Shown: positions 1 through 12,789 of the stretch, in pieces
Layout of the letters: each line of letters begins with the position of its first letter
Numbering within the stretch: the first letter of the stretch is position 1
Source: the human T2T-CHM13v2.0 reference genome, Homo sapiens
Assembly: GCF_009914755.1 (NCBI RefSeq)
Contig: NC_060940.1
DNA length: 64,000 nt
Strand: one strand, 5' to 3'
The notes under the pieces: generated by a model
Databases searched by the model: none
Told to the model about the DNA's origin: nothing
The model's input: only the letters and a program-made list of their open reading frames with translations
Made by a program: the position numbers and the translations under genes

Positions 1-1134
1 AGAGGGAGGCTAATAGAGAAAAGGAGGACCAACAGCTGGAGACACAGAGGGCAGGGCTGGGCCTGTTGCACCTTAAGAAGCCCTAGTTTCAGCAGCAGTG
101 AGCCCTTCCCCTTGTTCCCTAGACCAGCTGGAGGCAGGGTTCCAGCTCTTGCAACTCAAAAAACCTCTGACAAGGCATACAAGGTATGTATGCCTCCTAA
201 ATCTTCAGTGCCTCCCATGGAGGGCTTTTGTCCCTTTTTGTCCCTCTGTCTGTCTCCCTTCCTGCCTCCGCCTGCTCTCCTGCCCCACAGTATTAGTACA
301 TCGATGGTCTGAACAAATGAATGAATGAATGACAAATGCTGTCTGCGCAAGCCTTTGGGTCCAGTGAGGGCTCCCCAATCTCTCCCACACCCATTCCTAT
401 TCACTAAAATTCACAGCCCACCCAAATCTGTGGAATAGCTGGTGTTGGATGTCACTCTGCTTGAGCCACTGTTGGCTGCAGGCCTCTTGTCCCAGCACAC
501 ACGGGGAGCTCCTTGAATGCAGGAACCTTCTCACATCCTCCTCGTCTGCTCCCCAAAGCTGGTCCCAGGGCCTTCCCACCGCCAGACCTTTAACTCTTCA
601 TGTCTCTACTGTGTGAAATGACTCCATCCCTCCTTCAGGAGTCAGATTAGACCCCATCAGCCCCTTCTAGTAAGGTTTCCCAGAACAACATCCCTCCGAG
701 GAAAACCCCCGCCTCTAAAGAACTCTAGCACCTACTGCGCATGCCACTGGTGACCAATCCTGTTTTCTCCACAATCTACCCTCTCCTTTCCACCTCTGCT
801 ACCAGCATCCTTCTTCAGGCCGCTATCTTTTCCCTCCTGGATGACAAAATCCTTCTAACCAGTTTCCCCCCTTCCAGGGAGGATGAGCCTGTCCTATCAC
901 CTCACTCAACCCAGAATGAGCTTTTCATGGACTCCTGGAGAAGGCAATTCCTAAGGGTCAGAATGCCCCATGGGGGTCAACATACGAATCCTCCAAGACT
1001 TCTGGATAATCCACTGAGACTGCAGATATGAAAGTCTGCACAGAGCAGATGCCCAGTTAGGGTCAGGGTTGGGAGGTGTGTTTTCCTGAGTGGCAGCATG
1101 GCAGAGTGAAAAGAGAGCCGTTTTGGGGTCCCAT

Positions 1135-1340
1135 AGGCTTGGGTACAAATCCTAGCCCTGTAACGTCCTGGCTGCCTATATGGCCTCAGCTAGATTACTT
1201 TAAGAGCCTCAGTTTCCTCCTCTGGATGATGAAAGTAACAGCAGGCTTGTTGCAACAGCCATGGAGAATGGATGTTAAGCACCTCCTCTGGGCCTTCCAC
1301 TGTCACATGGTAGGCACTTGATAAATGGGCACTGCTATTA
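1135..1340 (+). mobile_element. MIR SINE relic
   Basis: MIR core gcctcagtttcctc and 3' end tggtaggcacttgataaatg...gctatta. Confidence 0.7.
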
Positions 1341-1439
1341 GTCTGGGGCTGGTTGTGTGGTGTATCCCTAGCCTAAGTAGTGGAGTGCCCGTGGAAAAAA
1401 AGACTGGCAGCTTAAACGGGCCATTCTTTAAATAAATGA

Positions 1440-1685
1440 ATAACAAAATTGACATGTATTGGGAGTTTTACTATGTGTCAGGCACTGTAAGTGCTTTCCA
1501 TTTGTTAAATTCATTTAATCCTCACAGCAGCCTAGGAGGTCAGTAATAATTAGTGATATCCCATTTTACAGAGGAGGAAATTGATGTGGCAGGGGCGTAA
1601 GCAACTTGCCCAGGGAATTCAGAGCTGCTAAAGGAGGTGCTGAACTAGCACTTGAAGCCATCTGAGGTCTGCATTCTGACCCTCC
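1440..1685 (-). mobile_element. MIR SINE relic
   Basis: Antisense MIR hallmarks: ctatgtgtcaggcactg, tcatttaatcctcacagcagcct, cccattttacagaggaggaaa, aacttgccca. Confidence 0.8.
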
Positions 1686-1894
1686 TCACCTATGGAGCCT
1701 GCCTGCTCTGAGCTATGGACTATGGCTGTTAAACAAAATGAAATAGGAGAGTCCTTATCCCTGCTCCCAGAAACTCACAAATGACACTGGCACACTCGTG
1801 AGATGCATTTGGTAGAAAAAGGACTTCTAATCTGGCTCTGACTGACGGAGCATAAATCATCCAGCCTCAATGCACCCCCATGCCATCGTGACCC

Positions 1895-2060
1895 TTTAGT
1901 GAAGGCCTGCTTTGTGCATGGAACTGTAACAGGCAGGCTCTTTCTTTCATTATCTCATTGAACTCTCATGGCAACCATGTGAGATGGGTGTTACCATCCC
2001 CATTTTACAGATAAGAAGGCTGAGGCTCAGAGAGGTTAATTGCACCATGGCCACAGAGCA
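1895..2060 (-). mobile_element. MIR SINE relic
   Basis: ccccattttacagataagaaggctgaggctcagagaggtt core. Confidence 0.8.
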
Positions 2061-2779
2061 CCACAGAGCTAAAAATTAAAGCCCATAATGGTTCCAATAA
2101 ATCAAGCTATCTTCATTTATATGGTGAGTTGGGGGGTATTTATTTAATTCTTTTTCTTCCTCTCCCTCATTTTTAGCTCGTAGGGAGTCAAGAGAGGTGC
2201 CTCCTAATGAAGAATGAAACAGTTTGCTATAATTTGCTCCAAAACAGTATGCTTAATTACCACAACCTCTTCCCCAACCAAACCACTTAATTGAATTCAG
2301 ATAGCATGTTTGATGTTATATATAATATTTGGCAACTTGGCCCTCTTTGGGGAGTGTATTGATTGAGGAGGAAAACAGATGTTCTGGAAGATGTTTCCAG
2401 ATCATAGCTGGACCAGACGGCTCTGGAGTTTAAAAGATTACAGAAGTGCAAAGAGAGTCGTGATACCAGGGGCCAGAGGCCAGGGCAGCCTCCATCCCAT
2501 CACTCACCAGAAGGCCACCCCCAGCACAAGTGTGTCAGCAGAGGTCTCTAGGGCCCCATTGCCACCCTCCTCCAGGTCCTGCCCGTGTGCTGGGGTAGAG
2601 CAGGCAGGAGGGTCAAAGGCATGGCCATGCATGGCCTCCTGAGCTAACAGGAAAAGAGCAGGAGGGCTGGATGGACAGACAGATAGTATCCCTGGTCTGG
2701 AGAAGGCCTAACTGGAAGAGTCATTGGCCAGGCTTTTCCAACAAGGTGCTGAGCCTTCTTGATTTGCTTGGGTTTTTTG

Positions 2780-3430
2780 GTTTATCCAACAAGAATTTGC
2801 TAGGCATCTATAGTGTGCCGTCCATTTATTCATTCAATAAATATCTACTAAGCACCTACCTTGTATCTTTTTTTTTAATCCATTTATTCATTCATTCAAA
2901 AAACAAGCATCAAATGTTTACTGTGCATAAAGCCTCAGGTCTGGGTGGTGCCTGCCCACCAGGAGCTCCCAGTCCAGCCAGGGAGGAAGATATTCACCAA
3001 CTGTACACACGAGTCACCACCTAACTGCAGCCTGAGAGATGGATGCCCAGGAGGGTAGACAAAGGGGCAGCTGCTCCGAGGGCATCAGGCCTGTGTCTTG
3101 GCAGGTCTGACACGTGGAGCGCAAGTCCCAGAAGAGGAACAGCATGCACAAAGGCCTGTGGCTGGAATGCAGAGTGAGGGGCAAGTGTCAGATGGAGGGG
3201 AGGGGAGGATGGGGGTGTCTGACCACTCTACAGAGACTTGTGGCCTACACTGAGGGTCTCTACCTAAGGACAATGGGAGCGACTGAAGGCTCCAGACAGG
3301 GAGACACATTCAGAAGGCCACTTCCAGTTCACCATAGAGAACAGATGAGTGGTTGGGAGCGTAGAATAGACCAGAAGAGCAGAGAGGATGCAGGTTCTGA
3401 CTGCAAGTTCAGAAGTGAAATGCACAGCCC
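2780..3430 (-). mobile_element. L2 LINE 3' fragments (stacked 3' termini)
   Basis: Repeated (cattt/cattc)n L2 tails followed by agcacctac-like motifs, then degenerate L2 body. Confidence 0.6.
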
Positions 3431-3604
3431 CTCCCCACTCGAACCCATAGGTCACTCCAAAACAGGGACAAGGGAACAGGCAGCTGCCCTCCTAGATGAC
3501 CAACACTGCAGAGGGCAAGTTGGGTTTTGAATTTTTACTATTATTCTTGCTTTCTTTGCTCCATATTTATTTTGAAATTACAAACATTAAAGGAGAAGGT
3601 AAAT

Positions 3605-4500
3605 ATTTTCATTCATTCTTCCATCCAAAAAATACTGATTGAGCACCTACTATGTGCCAAGCACCGTGTGTACTAAGGGGCAAACAACATTCAAGGCCTT
3701 TTAACCCAACAGTCAGACCCCAGTAGCCCTTTCTACACCATCTTAGACACATGTAACTAAGTCCTGAACTGCCGGGTTCAGAAACAGCACCTACTATGTG
3801 TCAGGCACTGGACAGTGACCTGGAGTGGAGACAACACAGACCTGCAGCTGCCTGAAATCTGCTATGAGCAGGAGACTTGCAAACAGGAGCCAGAAACATG
3901 ACAATTCCCTCGGCAGAGGGAACGTCCCATCCCAGTGGGACACAAGGACAGACCCCATGAGTAAAAGGAGGGAGAGGCATTGGAGCAGGACCACAGAGAG
4001 TGGGAAGGATTTTAACTGGGGGGAGTGAGGCACATGAGGTGAAGGTGTTTTCCGCAGGAGATGGCATGCACAAAAGCATGAAGCCAAAGCACATGCCAAA
4101 AACAGTCTGGAAACCAAATCACCCACTCTGGCTGCAGCACAAATTGGAAACCAAAGGGCCGTAACATTGATACCTAGACTGGGCCAAGCACAGAGAGCAT
4201 AAGATAGCTGAGCAAAACAGTGGGCTTCTTTCTACAGGCACTGAGGAGCCCACTGGAGTCTTTGAGAAGTGGCATGATCAAGTGTGGTACTTCCAGATTG
4301 TGAGTAACGGCACGAGTTGGGAAAGGCTGCTTGTGGGGAGACCAGCTGACACGCCACTACCATAGCTCAAGGAACTGTGAGGAAGGTGTGGATGGAGCAG
4401 GTGGTGGTGCTACAAAGGACGAGAACATGAGGCCTCCCACAGTGCACACTGGAGAGGGATGCTGGCAATGGGAGGAATGGAAGAGCAGGTCCTAGGCAGA
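3605..4500 (-). mobile_element. L2 LINE fragments
   Basis: ttcattcattc...ttgagcacctactatgtgccaagcac, plus a second agcacctactatgtgtcaggcactg near 3787. Confidence 0.6.
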
Positions 4501-4675
4501 GCTGTGGAGAGACTCAACTGTTGTCATAATCCTGGCTCAATAGTCTCTTACAGAACTCATGTGACCAACTCATGTGACCTGGGTTAACTTAGGTTTCTAC
4601 TGGTTGAGAATGATATGGAGTGCATAGTACATGTAGGCTCTCCATAAGGGAGAGCGGGAAGGTTTGGCTAACTAG

Positions 4676-4880
4676 TGGACAGGTAGATGGATGAATGGGT
4701 GCGGAGTGAATAAGCAAATGGGCGAGTGAATGGTGACTTAAATATTTGGATGGATATATGAACATGTGGACGATGGATGATGGGTGGATGAATGGACTGA
4801 TGGAAGGTAGAAGTGGGTAGAGGAGTAAATGGATACATGGATGGACCAGTGGATGCATGGATGTGTGGATGGACTGATGT
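4676..4880. repeat. Degenerate (TGGA)n simple repeat
   Basis: Dense tggatgga/tgaatgg units seen directly. Confidence 0.85.
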
Positions 4881-5028
4881 ATGTCCTGCAGTAACTCCCA
4901 GCAGAACATGTCTAGAGGATGCTGGGAGACTCCAGGCCAGTGAATATATTCTGGGTTTATAAACCATGGGGTATCTCCTTGGCTTACCTAATCACTTCCA
5001 ATTGAAACCTCTTCTCTCCCAGCTCCAT

Positions 5029-5401
5029 TGTCTTACTCCATTTTCTGTTGCTATAACAGAATGCCACAGACAAGTAATTTATCAAGAAAATAAGTTTATT
5101 TAGCTCATGATTCTGGAGGCTGCAAAGTCCAAGAGCACAGAGACGACATCTGGAGAGAGCCTCCTTGCTATGTTGTAATGTGGCACAGGGCATCACATGG
5201 CAAGAGGACAAGTGTGTGCCTGTCTACTCAGGTCTCTCCTCTTCTGGTAAAGCCACCAGTTCCATCATCTGGGCCTACCCTGATGACATTATCTAATCCT
5301 AATTACCTCCCAAAGGCCCCACCTCCAAATGACTCAACATACGGATTTTGGGATTAAATCTCCAACACATGAAATTTGGGGGACACATTCAAACCATTGC
5401 A
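5029..5401 (-). mobile_element. ERVL-MaLR solo LTR (MSTD/MLT1A-like)
   Basis: TG...CA termini and a perfect 5-bp TSD TCCAT (5024-5028 and 5402-5406). Minus strand begins tgcaatggtttgaatgtgtccccc, typical of MST/MLT1A. Confidence 0.9.
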
Positions 5402-5429
5402 TCCATCCTCTGCATTCAGAAAGATAGTC

Positions 5430-5572
5430 CAACAGAAAGATCTGGAATCAAGAGACCCAGCTGATTACCAATTCCAGTTTTGCTCTGATGTGCTGAATGA
5501 CCTTAGACAAGCCCCTTCCCCTCTCTGGGCTTCTCTTTGCTATCCAGTTCAATGAAGGAATAGGACTAGATC
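5430..5572 (+). mobile_element. MIR/MIR3 relic
   Basis: tgaccttagacaagccccttcccctctctgggctt...ggactagatc. Confidence 0.6.
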
Positions 5573-5700
5573 AGGGATGCGTACATGTGGTGAGCCTGCT
5601 GATCATCCCCACGCCTTCATCCATACCTCACAGCAAGCCGTACCAATCTCTAAGGAATCACTGCACGGCTGAGCCCCATTTGCCAGGTGATCTTTAAGGA

Positions 5701-6195
5701 AAGTGGTTCTCAAACTTTAGTGAATCAGAATCAGCTGGAGAGTCTTTTAAAACAAAGATTACAGGCTGGGTGCAATGGTTCACACCTGTAATCCCAGCTC
5801 TTTGGGAGGCTGAGGCGGGAGGACTGCTTGAGGTCAGGAGTTCAAGACCAGCCTGGGCCACATAGTGGGACCCGCTGTCTACACAAAATTTTAAAAATTA
5901 GCCATGCATGGTGGTACATGCCTGTGGTCCCAGCTAATCAGGAAGCTGAGGCACGAGGATCACTTGAGCCAGGAGTTTGAGGCTGCAGTGAGCTATGATA
6001 GCACCACAGCACTCCAGTGACAGAGCAAGATCCTGTCTCTAAAAAGACAAAACACTGATTGCCAGTCCTCACCCAGAGTTTCTGATTCAGCAGTTGTATG
6101 TGGGGCTGGGAATTTGCATTTCTAGCAAGCTCTCAGGTGATGCTGCTGCTGATGCTGATGCTGCTGGTCCTTGGACTCTACTTGGAGAACCACTG
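5701..6195. mobile_element. MER5A (hAT-Charlie MITE) split by an Alu
   Basis: TIRs agtggttctcaaa / gagaaccactg. Internal cagaatcagctgg and aatttgcatttctagcaag motifs. Confidence 0.85.
5764..6048 (+). mobile_element. AluJ
   Basis: Dimeric Alu with J-type gaggctgcagtgagctatgat. Degenerate TSD aaaacaaagattac / aaaacactgattgc. Confidence 0.95.
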
Positions 6196-7375
6196 ATCTA
6201 GTGACCCCTGCTCTGAGAGTCTTGGTGAAACCTAGTAGGTATCCCCATGTGGGGGACAGCTTGCCATACCTAAGACTGGAAGCCTGCTGGAGCCACTGTT
6301 GCCTCCTGTCATTCAAAGGCATCCTTGAACCCAATGACAGGGGCACTCTCCGCCTACAGCCAGCTGCACTCCAGGTCGTGCATCCCACCTCGCCCTGCCC
6401 TGCTCCCTCCTGCTTTCCCTCTCTCCTGGAGCCTGGGAGAGCACCAGGCCTTCTGCTGCCTGTGTGCTGCCTGCCCCTGCTGCCCTCAGAACAGCTGTGG
6501 GCTTAATTATCAAAATAACATTTTAATAGTCTCATAACTGAACTCCCTTCAAAACATGCCAGCGGAGGAGGTGGGAAGGATTCTTTTTAGCACCTCTTCC
6601 CACCCGACTTGCTAATCGGAGGCATTTAAACTGCTAGAAGGCCCAGATGCCCGGCCCTGCCCATGGAGCCCCTCCTGCCACCACCAAGGATGCAGCTTCC
6701 ACAGGCGGATCGAGGGGTCGGGCCCATACCAGACTGCCAGCCGGAACCAGGAGTCATTGCAGGAGCCACACTGCACCTTCGTAATGAGAAGAAAGTGGCT
6801 CATTCACGCGAACCCAGGCATCACTCAGGAAAGTGGATATGCTAAGAGAACTTAGGCAATTCATTTGCGATCACCAGGGGTTTCACTTGCTTTCAACACA
6901 TTTTTTTTAGATTTAAAAAAAACTGCTATCACCAGCATTAACTCTGGCTCCCCGTCTCCCTGCCATTTCATGTAATAATTCCACGGGGAGTCCTGGCGGG
7001 TATTTAGCTCCTAATTTAAGCTCCACTAAACAAGCCCAACGCAAAACTAGCTTCTCAGATCAGCAGTTTCCCCTCCTACTTGCCGCAGCCCCTTCACTCT
7101 CTAGGTTCTTCAGGCCTCTAACATCACATCCGGCCAGCATTCACAACACCCGGGCTGTGAGCTAAGTGCAGAGCATGTGTTAGGAGTGGCTGCCCCAGTC
7201 CTCGTTCAGCAGCACAGGGAGATAGGCCCGACTGTGCCTAGGAGGAAATGAAACCAGGACAGGCCACATCCCCAAGCTGTATGGCTAGCAGTGGGTGGGG
7301 CTTCGACAGAGGCCAGGCTGGAGGGCACCGTGCTACCTCCGGCAGCATTTGCCCTGGGTGTCCCGACTTCCAAGC

Positions 7376-7540
7376 CAGCCCTTCTCAAACTTGACTGAGC
7401 ATGCAAATCACCTGGAGCTCTTTTAAAAACACGGATTCTTGTTTGGCAGGACCAGGTGAGGCCTGGCCTTTGGTACTTCTCGCACACTCTGAGACACTGC
7501 AGATGGTGTAGGTCACTGGCCCACACTTGGAGGAGCCTGA
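7376..7540. mobile_element. MER5-like hAT MITE
   Basis: cttctcaaacttgactgagcatgcaaatcacctggagctcttttaaaa. Confidence 0.65.
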
Positions 7541-8894
7541 AGGAGGCACGGGCTGCCCTCCAGGGTGGTTAGATCAGAGACTGAGTGCAGGCTGGGAGAA
7601 GCAAAGGCCAAACTCTGTCTTAGGGTGGGGTCCTTTTTCTCCCCTGGCTCTCTCCTGATCACCCCAGATAGTGCTCCTGACTCCTGGGAGAGACAGAGGG
7701 GCAGGGCTATTTCAAAGGTCAGTGTTCTCATCTTACCCTGTTCATCCCGTTTCTCAAACTCCATACCCAGACATGGAACCAGAAGTTTCCTTTGCTCTCT
7801 GGAGGAAATTGCCAGAACCAGACAAATCCCTTTGGCCCTCATCATATTTCCTGCTGCCCGCATTGACCACTTACTGTATACCAAGATAGACACTGGGAAC
7901 ACTGGGAACAGCAACCGTGGCTGTGGTCCCTGTGCTCAGGCAGCTGACTGGGGTGCCTGGCCAGCTGCTGTCCAAGGGAGCTCATGGTGCCAGGTGAACT
8001 CGTGGTGGGGGCAGGGGCAGAGGCAGGGGTGCAGGCAAGAGCAGTAGCTGGGCTGGGCACTGCCAGGTGCCCTGAACCTTGACAGAGTCAAGTCTATTGA
8101 GTGTTAGCCCCAATGCAACTACATTCACTACCAATAAAAACGGAGGCCACCATGCCACTCGTGGACACTACCTGGAGGCAGGCACTCTTTCACAGACTTG
8201 TAGACTCAGGCCACTGCAGTCCGTAGCTCAAGGCCAACCCTTAGCAAATTGGCCCCTACCCATCAGAAAACTGGTCCTGTTGGAAAACCCCCAGAGCCCA
8301 ACTCTCTGCTGCCCACACAGTCTGCCCCAGTAGAGTTCAGAGCCCTGAATTCAAGTCCTACCTTTGACTTTCCAGTTGCTGTGACCTTGGGCAAATTAGT
8401 TTTCTTCTCTGAGCTGAATTTTTTCCATTGGCACTGGGTGTGATTCCCAGGGTCTAGCCCAGAGCAGATACTGTATGATAAGGAATAGATGCGCATATAT
8501 TCTTTATTATATGTAGTCTTTGAAGTGAAAGGCCTTTACCTTTTTAAAAATGTAGTTTAATACTATTCAATGAAGCAAGTGATTACTAAACATTTACCAA
8601 ATCCAGAATTTGGGGGCCAGAAACAGAGGGCACAGATGAGAAGACAGGCAAGTCCCTGTTCTCAAAAGAATCTGGAAATAACTGAGATGTGCCAAATGGA
8701 TGTGACAACATTAAAGACAACCCGGGCAGACAATGAGGCAGTAAGGTTGGGTGTCCAACCACCCAGGGCAGACAATGGAAGACCTGGGGTCAGGCCAGCT
8801 GGCGTGGGGGGGTGGGGTCCCTGCAGGAGCGGTGCTGTGAGCCAAGTCTCCAAGAATGGGAAAGAGTTGTAGGAAAAGAAATCAACCACCACAG

Positions 8895-9110
8895 CCATAA
8901 TAATGTCAAACATTTATGTACTCATTGCTACTCCATGTCAACACTGATCTATGCACTCTACATACTTAGCTTATGTAATTCTCACTAGCACATAAGGAGA
9001 GGGTACCGTTATCATCACCGTTTTACTGAGGAGAAAGCAGGCACAGTGAGGTTACATGACTTGCCTAGTTGCCCAGAGAGCAGAGTGCAGAACTGAGGCT
9101 CACACCCAGA
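8895..9110 (-). mobile_element. MIR relic
   Basis: ccgttttactgaggagaaagcaggcacagtgaggttacatgacttgcc. Confidence 0.7.
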
Positions 9111-11524
9111 CAGACGCCAGGGCCCCATGTCCAGCAAGGCCCAGCGACCAGCCAGGAGCCAGCATCTCCACAAACAGAGAAAAGGAGGGCTGGGACATCC
9201 CTCCAAGCAGGGTCAAAAGAGAAGGGAAATGTGGTGCAAGACTTGGAAGGTAAGGCAGGCAGTCCAGCAGCCGCTCAACTTGCAGCAGGTAAGTGCAGGA
9301 GGAGAGCAAGGCCAGGAGGTGACTTAAGGCCTGCAGGAAACCTTGTTGGCAGCCACAGGCAGTGCCGACCCTCCTCACTCATGGAGAGAAGGATTTCCCC
9401 ACGCCCCACTGATGGCACAAGAGGGAGACCTCCACTGTAGAAGCAGCTTCTGTCCTCCTTCCACCATGCAGGTGCAAGAGGCCTCTCCAGGACATAACAG
9501 CCTCTGTAGTTCCTATTTGCCAGCGATAGAGACCCGGCTCCCAGCCACCCTGGACCAGGCTGCCTCTGAAACTCTGCACTCACATTGCAGTAAAGGCCAG
9601 TGCCTGCTTGACCTAGACACATGGCAGGCACACACTGTGGGCAGGTGGAAGAAGGCGGCAGGGGGTGAATGTCCAGCACCTGCATTTGGAAGAAAGGCAG
9701 GATCAACAGAGCCTAGAGCCACAGTATTCCAAGATCCTCATTTCTCTGGGCAGGGAGCTGGGCATGCCATTGTCCAAGGCTTTTGAAGCCACACAAATGG
9801 CACCAGTCCCAGTAAACATCCCCCAAGACAGGACGGGAATCTGAATCCTTGTCTGCAAATGGCCACCTGCCAGGGACCCCCTTCAGCAACAAGCTCCCTC
9901 TCCCAATCCCAGAGGTGGCCTCTGTCCAGCCTATCCATAGCAGCTGGAACAAGGCATCCCAGCCCCCTGGCTCCAGCGGGGGAAGGACTGCTTCCATTTG
10001 CTAAGGGTCTTCTTCATTTCCTTCACCTTCTCACAACTGCACTTTCTAAAACAGGATATTAAGGGAAGAGAAACCGAGGGCTTTGGGGTTTTTTAGCCTC
10101 TGCTCCAGGGAAAAACAGACACTCATCCCTGTCTGAAATTGCTTCACTCCGAGAGCTTGTGGGCCGCGGGAGCCTCCCGCCACAGATGAGCAGAAAACAG
10201 AGTTTGTTTCTCTATTTCCCAGCCCCCTCGCCTCTCGCCCTCTCCTTCTCTCTCCCACCTCTTCCTTTCTGCCTGGTGCATGGCTGGGAGCTGGGACCTT
10301 GTGGCTCCACACGGCTGCCTGGTGCCACGGAGCAGGGCATGGGCTCCCACAGTAGGCAGCCTGGAAGGGAGGGGGACCAGCAGAAACCCTGCCCACTTCC
10401 TCCCACACTCCCGAAACCCCTCCAAACCAGTCATCAAATAACCCTGGACGGAGGTAGACCCAAGGACCTTTTGTTCCCTGAAATATTCAGGTTTTCAGGT
10501 CATTCTCTGGCCTTGCCAGGAATGCAGTGTACTCCTGGCTTGAACAAAATGCGCTAGTGTTAAAATATTCATCTGGTTTTGGTTGGGACTGAGAGGGTGT
10601 GTGTGTTTCAGGGAAACAAAAACATTATTTTCCCCGCTTCCTCTGCTCCCAAGCATACCTGGGAGGTTCATGCTCCACCTTGATTTTGGCAAATTCTTTT
10701 TTAGATTCCTCCATGTTCCCCAGGATGCAGAGGGTGGGAGAGACACAGATGGATGGATTCAACTAGTTGTTGCTTCTCCAAGGGAAAGGGGAGGGATATT
10801 AGATATTTTCTTGGAAGTTAATTCAACTCGAAGCTGGGCACTGGGAATATTCTGTCCAAGCAATTACTCCCTGCCCCCCCACCCCCACCCACTGCTGCCC
10901 CACCCCAGCCCCTGGTGGTAGCTGCCTACCCTCCAGAAGGTCAGGTGCACACATGCCCACTGACCAGATCTCCATGGGGCAGGACCCCTCTTGGGCCAAC
11001 TGGACCACACTAGGGCCCTCAGGATCCTTTAATTATCAGTCACTCCACTTCCCTTCCCTCCGCTCCTTAGTCCCAGCACAGAAACCTGTCAAGCGTCCAC
11101 CCTGAGGACTGGGAAAATCAGCTACCTACTGGCCCTGGTCTTTAACTAAAGGCTTAAGCTAAATTATATTACAGACCGTGGGGAGCTTGGGAGTGGTGGC
11201 TGGAGGAAGGGCTGTTGTTGGGCTTGTGGGGAGACAGAAGGGAGGGTCCAGGCAAGCTGAGCGTGCTGGCATCCACTTCTCAGGAAAAGCTGGGGAAACT
11301 GAGGCTTGCGTAGGAGTAACATAATTCATGAGGGGCTGGGGAGGCAGGGAATCCAGCCAGCCCCTGCTCCATCCTTTCTCAAGGACCACCATAAAGGGTT
11401 CCAAACAGTCTTTGGGGAAAGAAGAAGACACCCCAGGTAGTCAGTCCTGCGAGATGACCTCTCCCATGGGAGGGCACAGGGAGGGCTGGCAGAGGGTCAG
11501 CTGAAGAAATTCAGTGGCCCAGAG

Positions 11525-12180
11525 TCATCCAGACCAACACACCTTCCTGCCTCACATGCAGTTTACCAGTGAGTTTGTCCACCTACCTTTCAAATTATAC
11601 CTTGACGCAGCCTCCCCAGCCACTGCCACCACCATGGACTGTCATCTCCAGCCAGTACAGCAGCAGCAGTGGCCACCCACGGGACCCTGAGCTTCCACCC
11701 TTGCTCTTGGATGTTCCCATCTCCACCCAGAGGCCATAGCAATCTTTATACAAACTTAAAATAGGAAAATGTCACTCACAGCTTATAGTCCTGCAATAAT
11801 TTCCTATTGCAGAGAATAAAATCCCAGTTCTTGGCCACATCCTGGAAGGCCCAATATCTCCTGGGCTCTGCTGGCCTCTCTCACGTCATGGGAGCCACTG
11901 TCCCGGTCACTCCCCACACTCTAGCCCCACACCCAGCTGGCTCCCTCTCATCCTTTAAACCTCAGCTTGACCAACATCCTCCCAATTTTCCCTATCCCTG
12001 CACCAATAACACGTCTCTTAGTTTGTAATTATGTATTTACTTGTTTGCCTGTTTATTCCTGGCTTTCCCATCAACACAGTAAACTACACAGAGGTGTGGA
12101 AAATACATGTATTCATTCCCCAGAGCCCAGCAAAGCGCCTGAAGCAGAGCAGTCTCTCAAATGTTTGTTGAATGAATTAA
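11525..12180 (+). mobile_element. L2 LINE 3' fragment
   Basis: Pyrimidine-rich L2 body ending ctcaaatgtttgttgaatgaat. Confidence 0.7.
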
Positions 12181-12789
12181 AGAACACAGGCCTTCCAGTT
12201 AGCTCAAAGCAGAACTTCCCCATTGCCAAGGGATGAAGAAAGGAGAGCTTTGAACACTCAAGACCCGTAGAAACAAATATTCTTCCAACCTGTGATGCAT
12301 ATCAATCTTCCTTGTTCCTTCTTAATTCCTGATCACATTTGGATTCAGATATTTAAGAAGCCAGAGAAGCAAATGTTATACAATGCCCCGAGAAGGCCCC
12401 AGAGATTCCACATTCGAGGGTAGAAAAGTTTCACTTTCATAAAGCCTAATAAAATCTTGCTTCCAACGAGCAGGCAGCGGAGAACGCATTCAGAGAGCCT
12501 ACAGGGTGCTCTGTGGATCGTGAGAGCATAGAAACGTGGACTGTGACCAGAATACCAGAGTTCACAGGACCCACCAGGAGGACAGCCCGAGGCCCAGCCA
12601 GGCCCACCACATGCACAGAAAAAGGGCCCTGAGAGTTCACGGGCTGAGTAGATGTACGCTCCAGCCGTGATATTTATAACAATAAATGATTCACGAGATT
12701 GCCACAGCCCACCTCAGTCCTCCTTAAGAACCGTGGACAAAAACAAACACATACTCACCACCCGCTCCCCAAAAAATAAACAAGGGGGG

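Noticed and set aside
6139-6167. CTG/CAG-like tract giving QQHQHQQQHH
   Set aside because: Short, interrupted slippage inside MER5A and non-coding.
10874-10911. G-quadruplex-forming run on the transcribed strand
   Set aside because: The motif is real but common in GC-rich introns, and nothing links it to a nearby feature.
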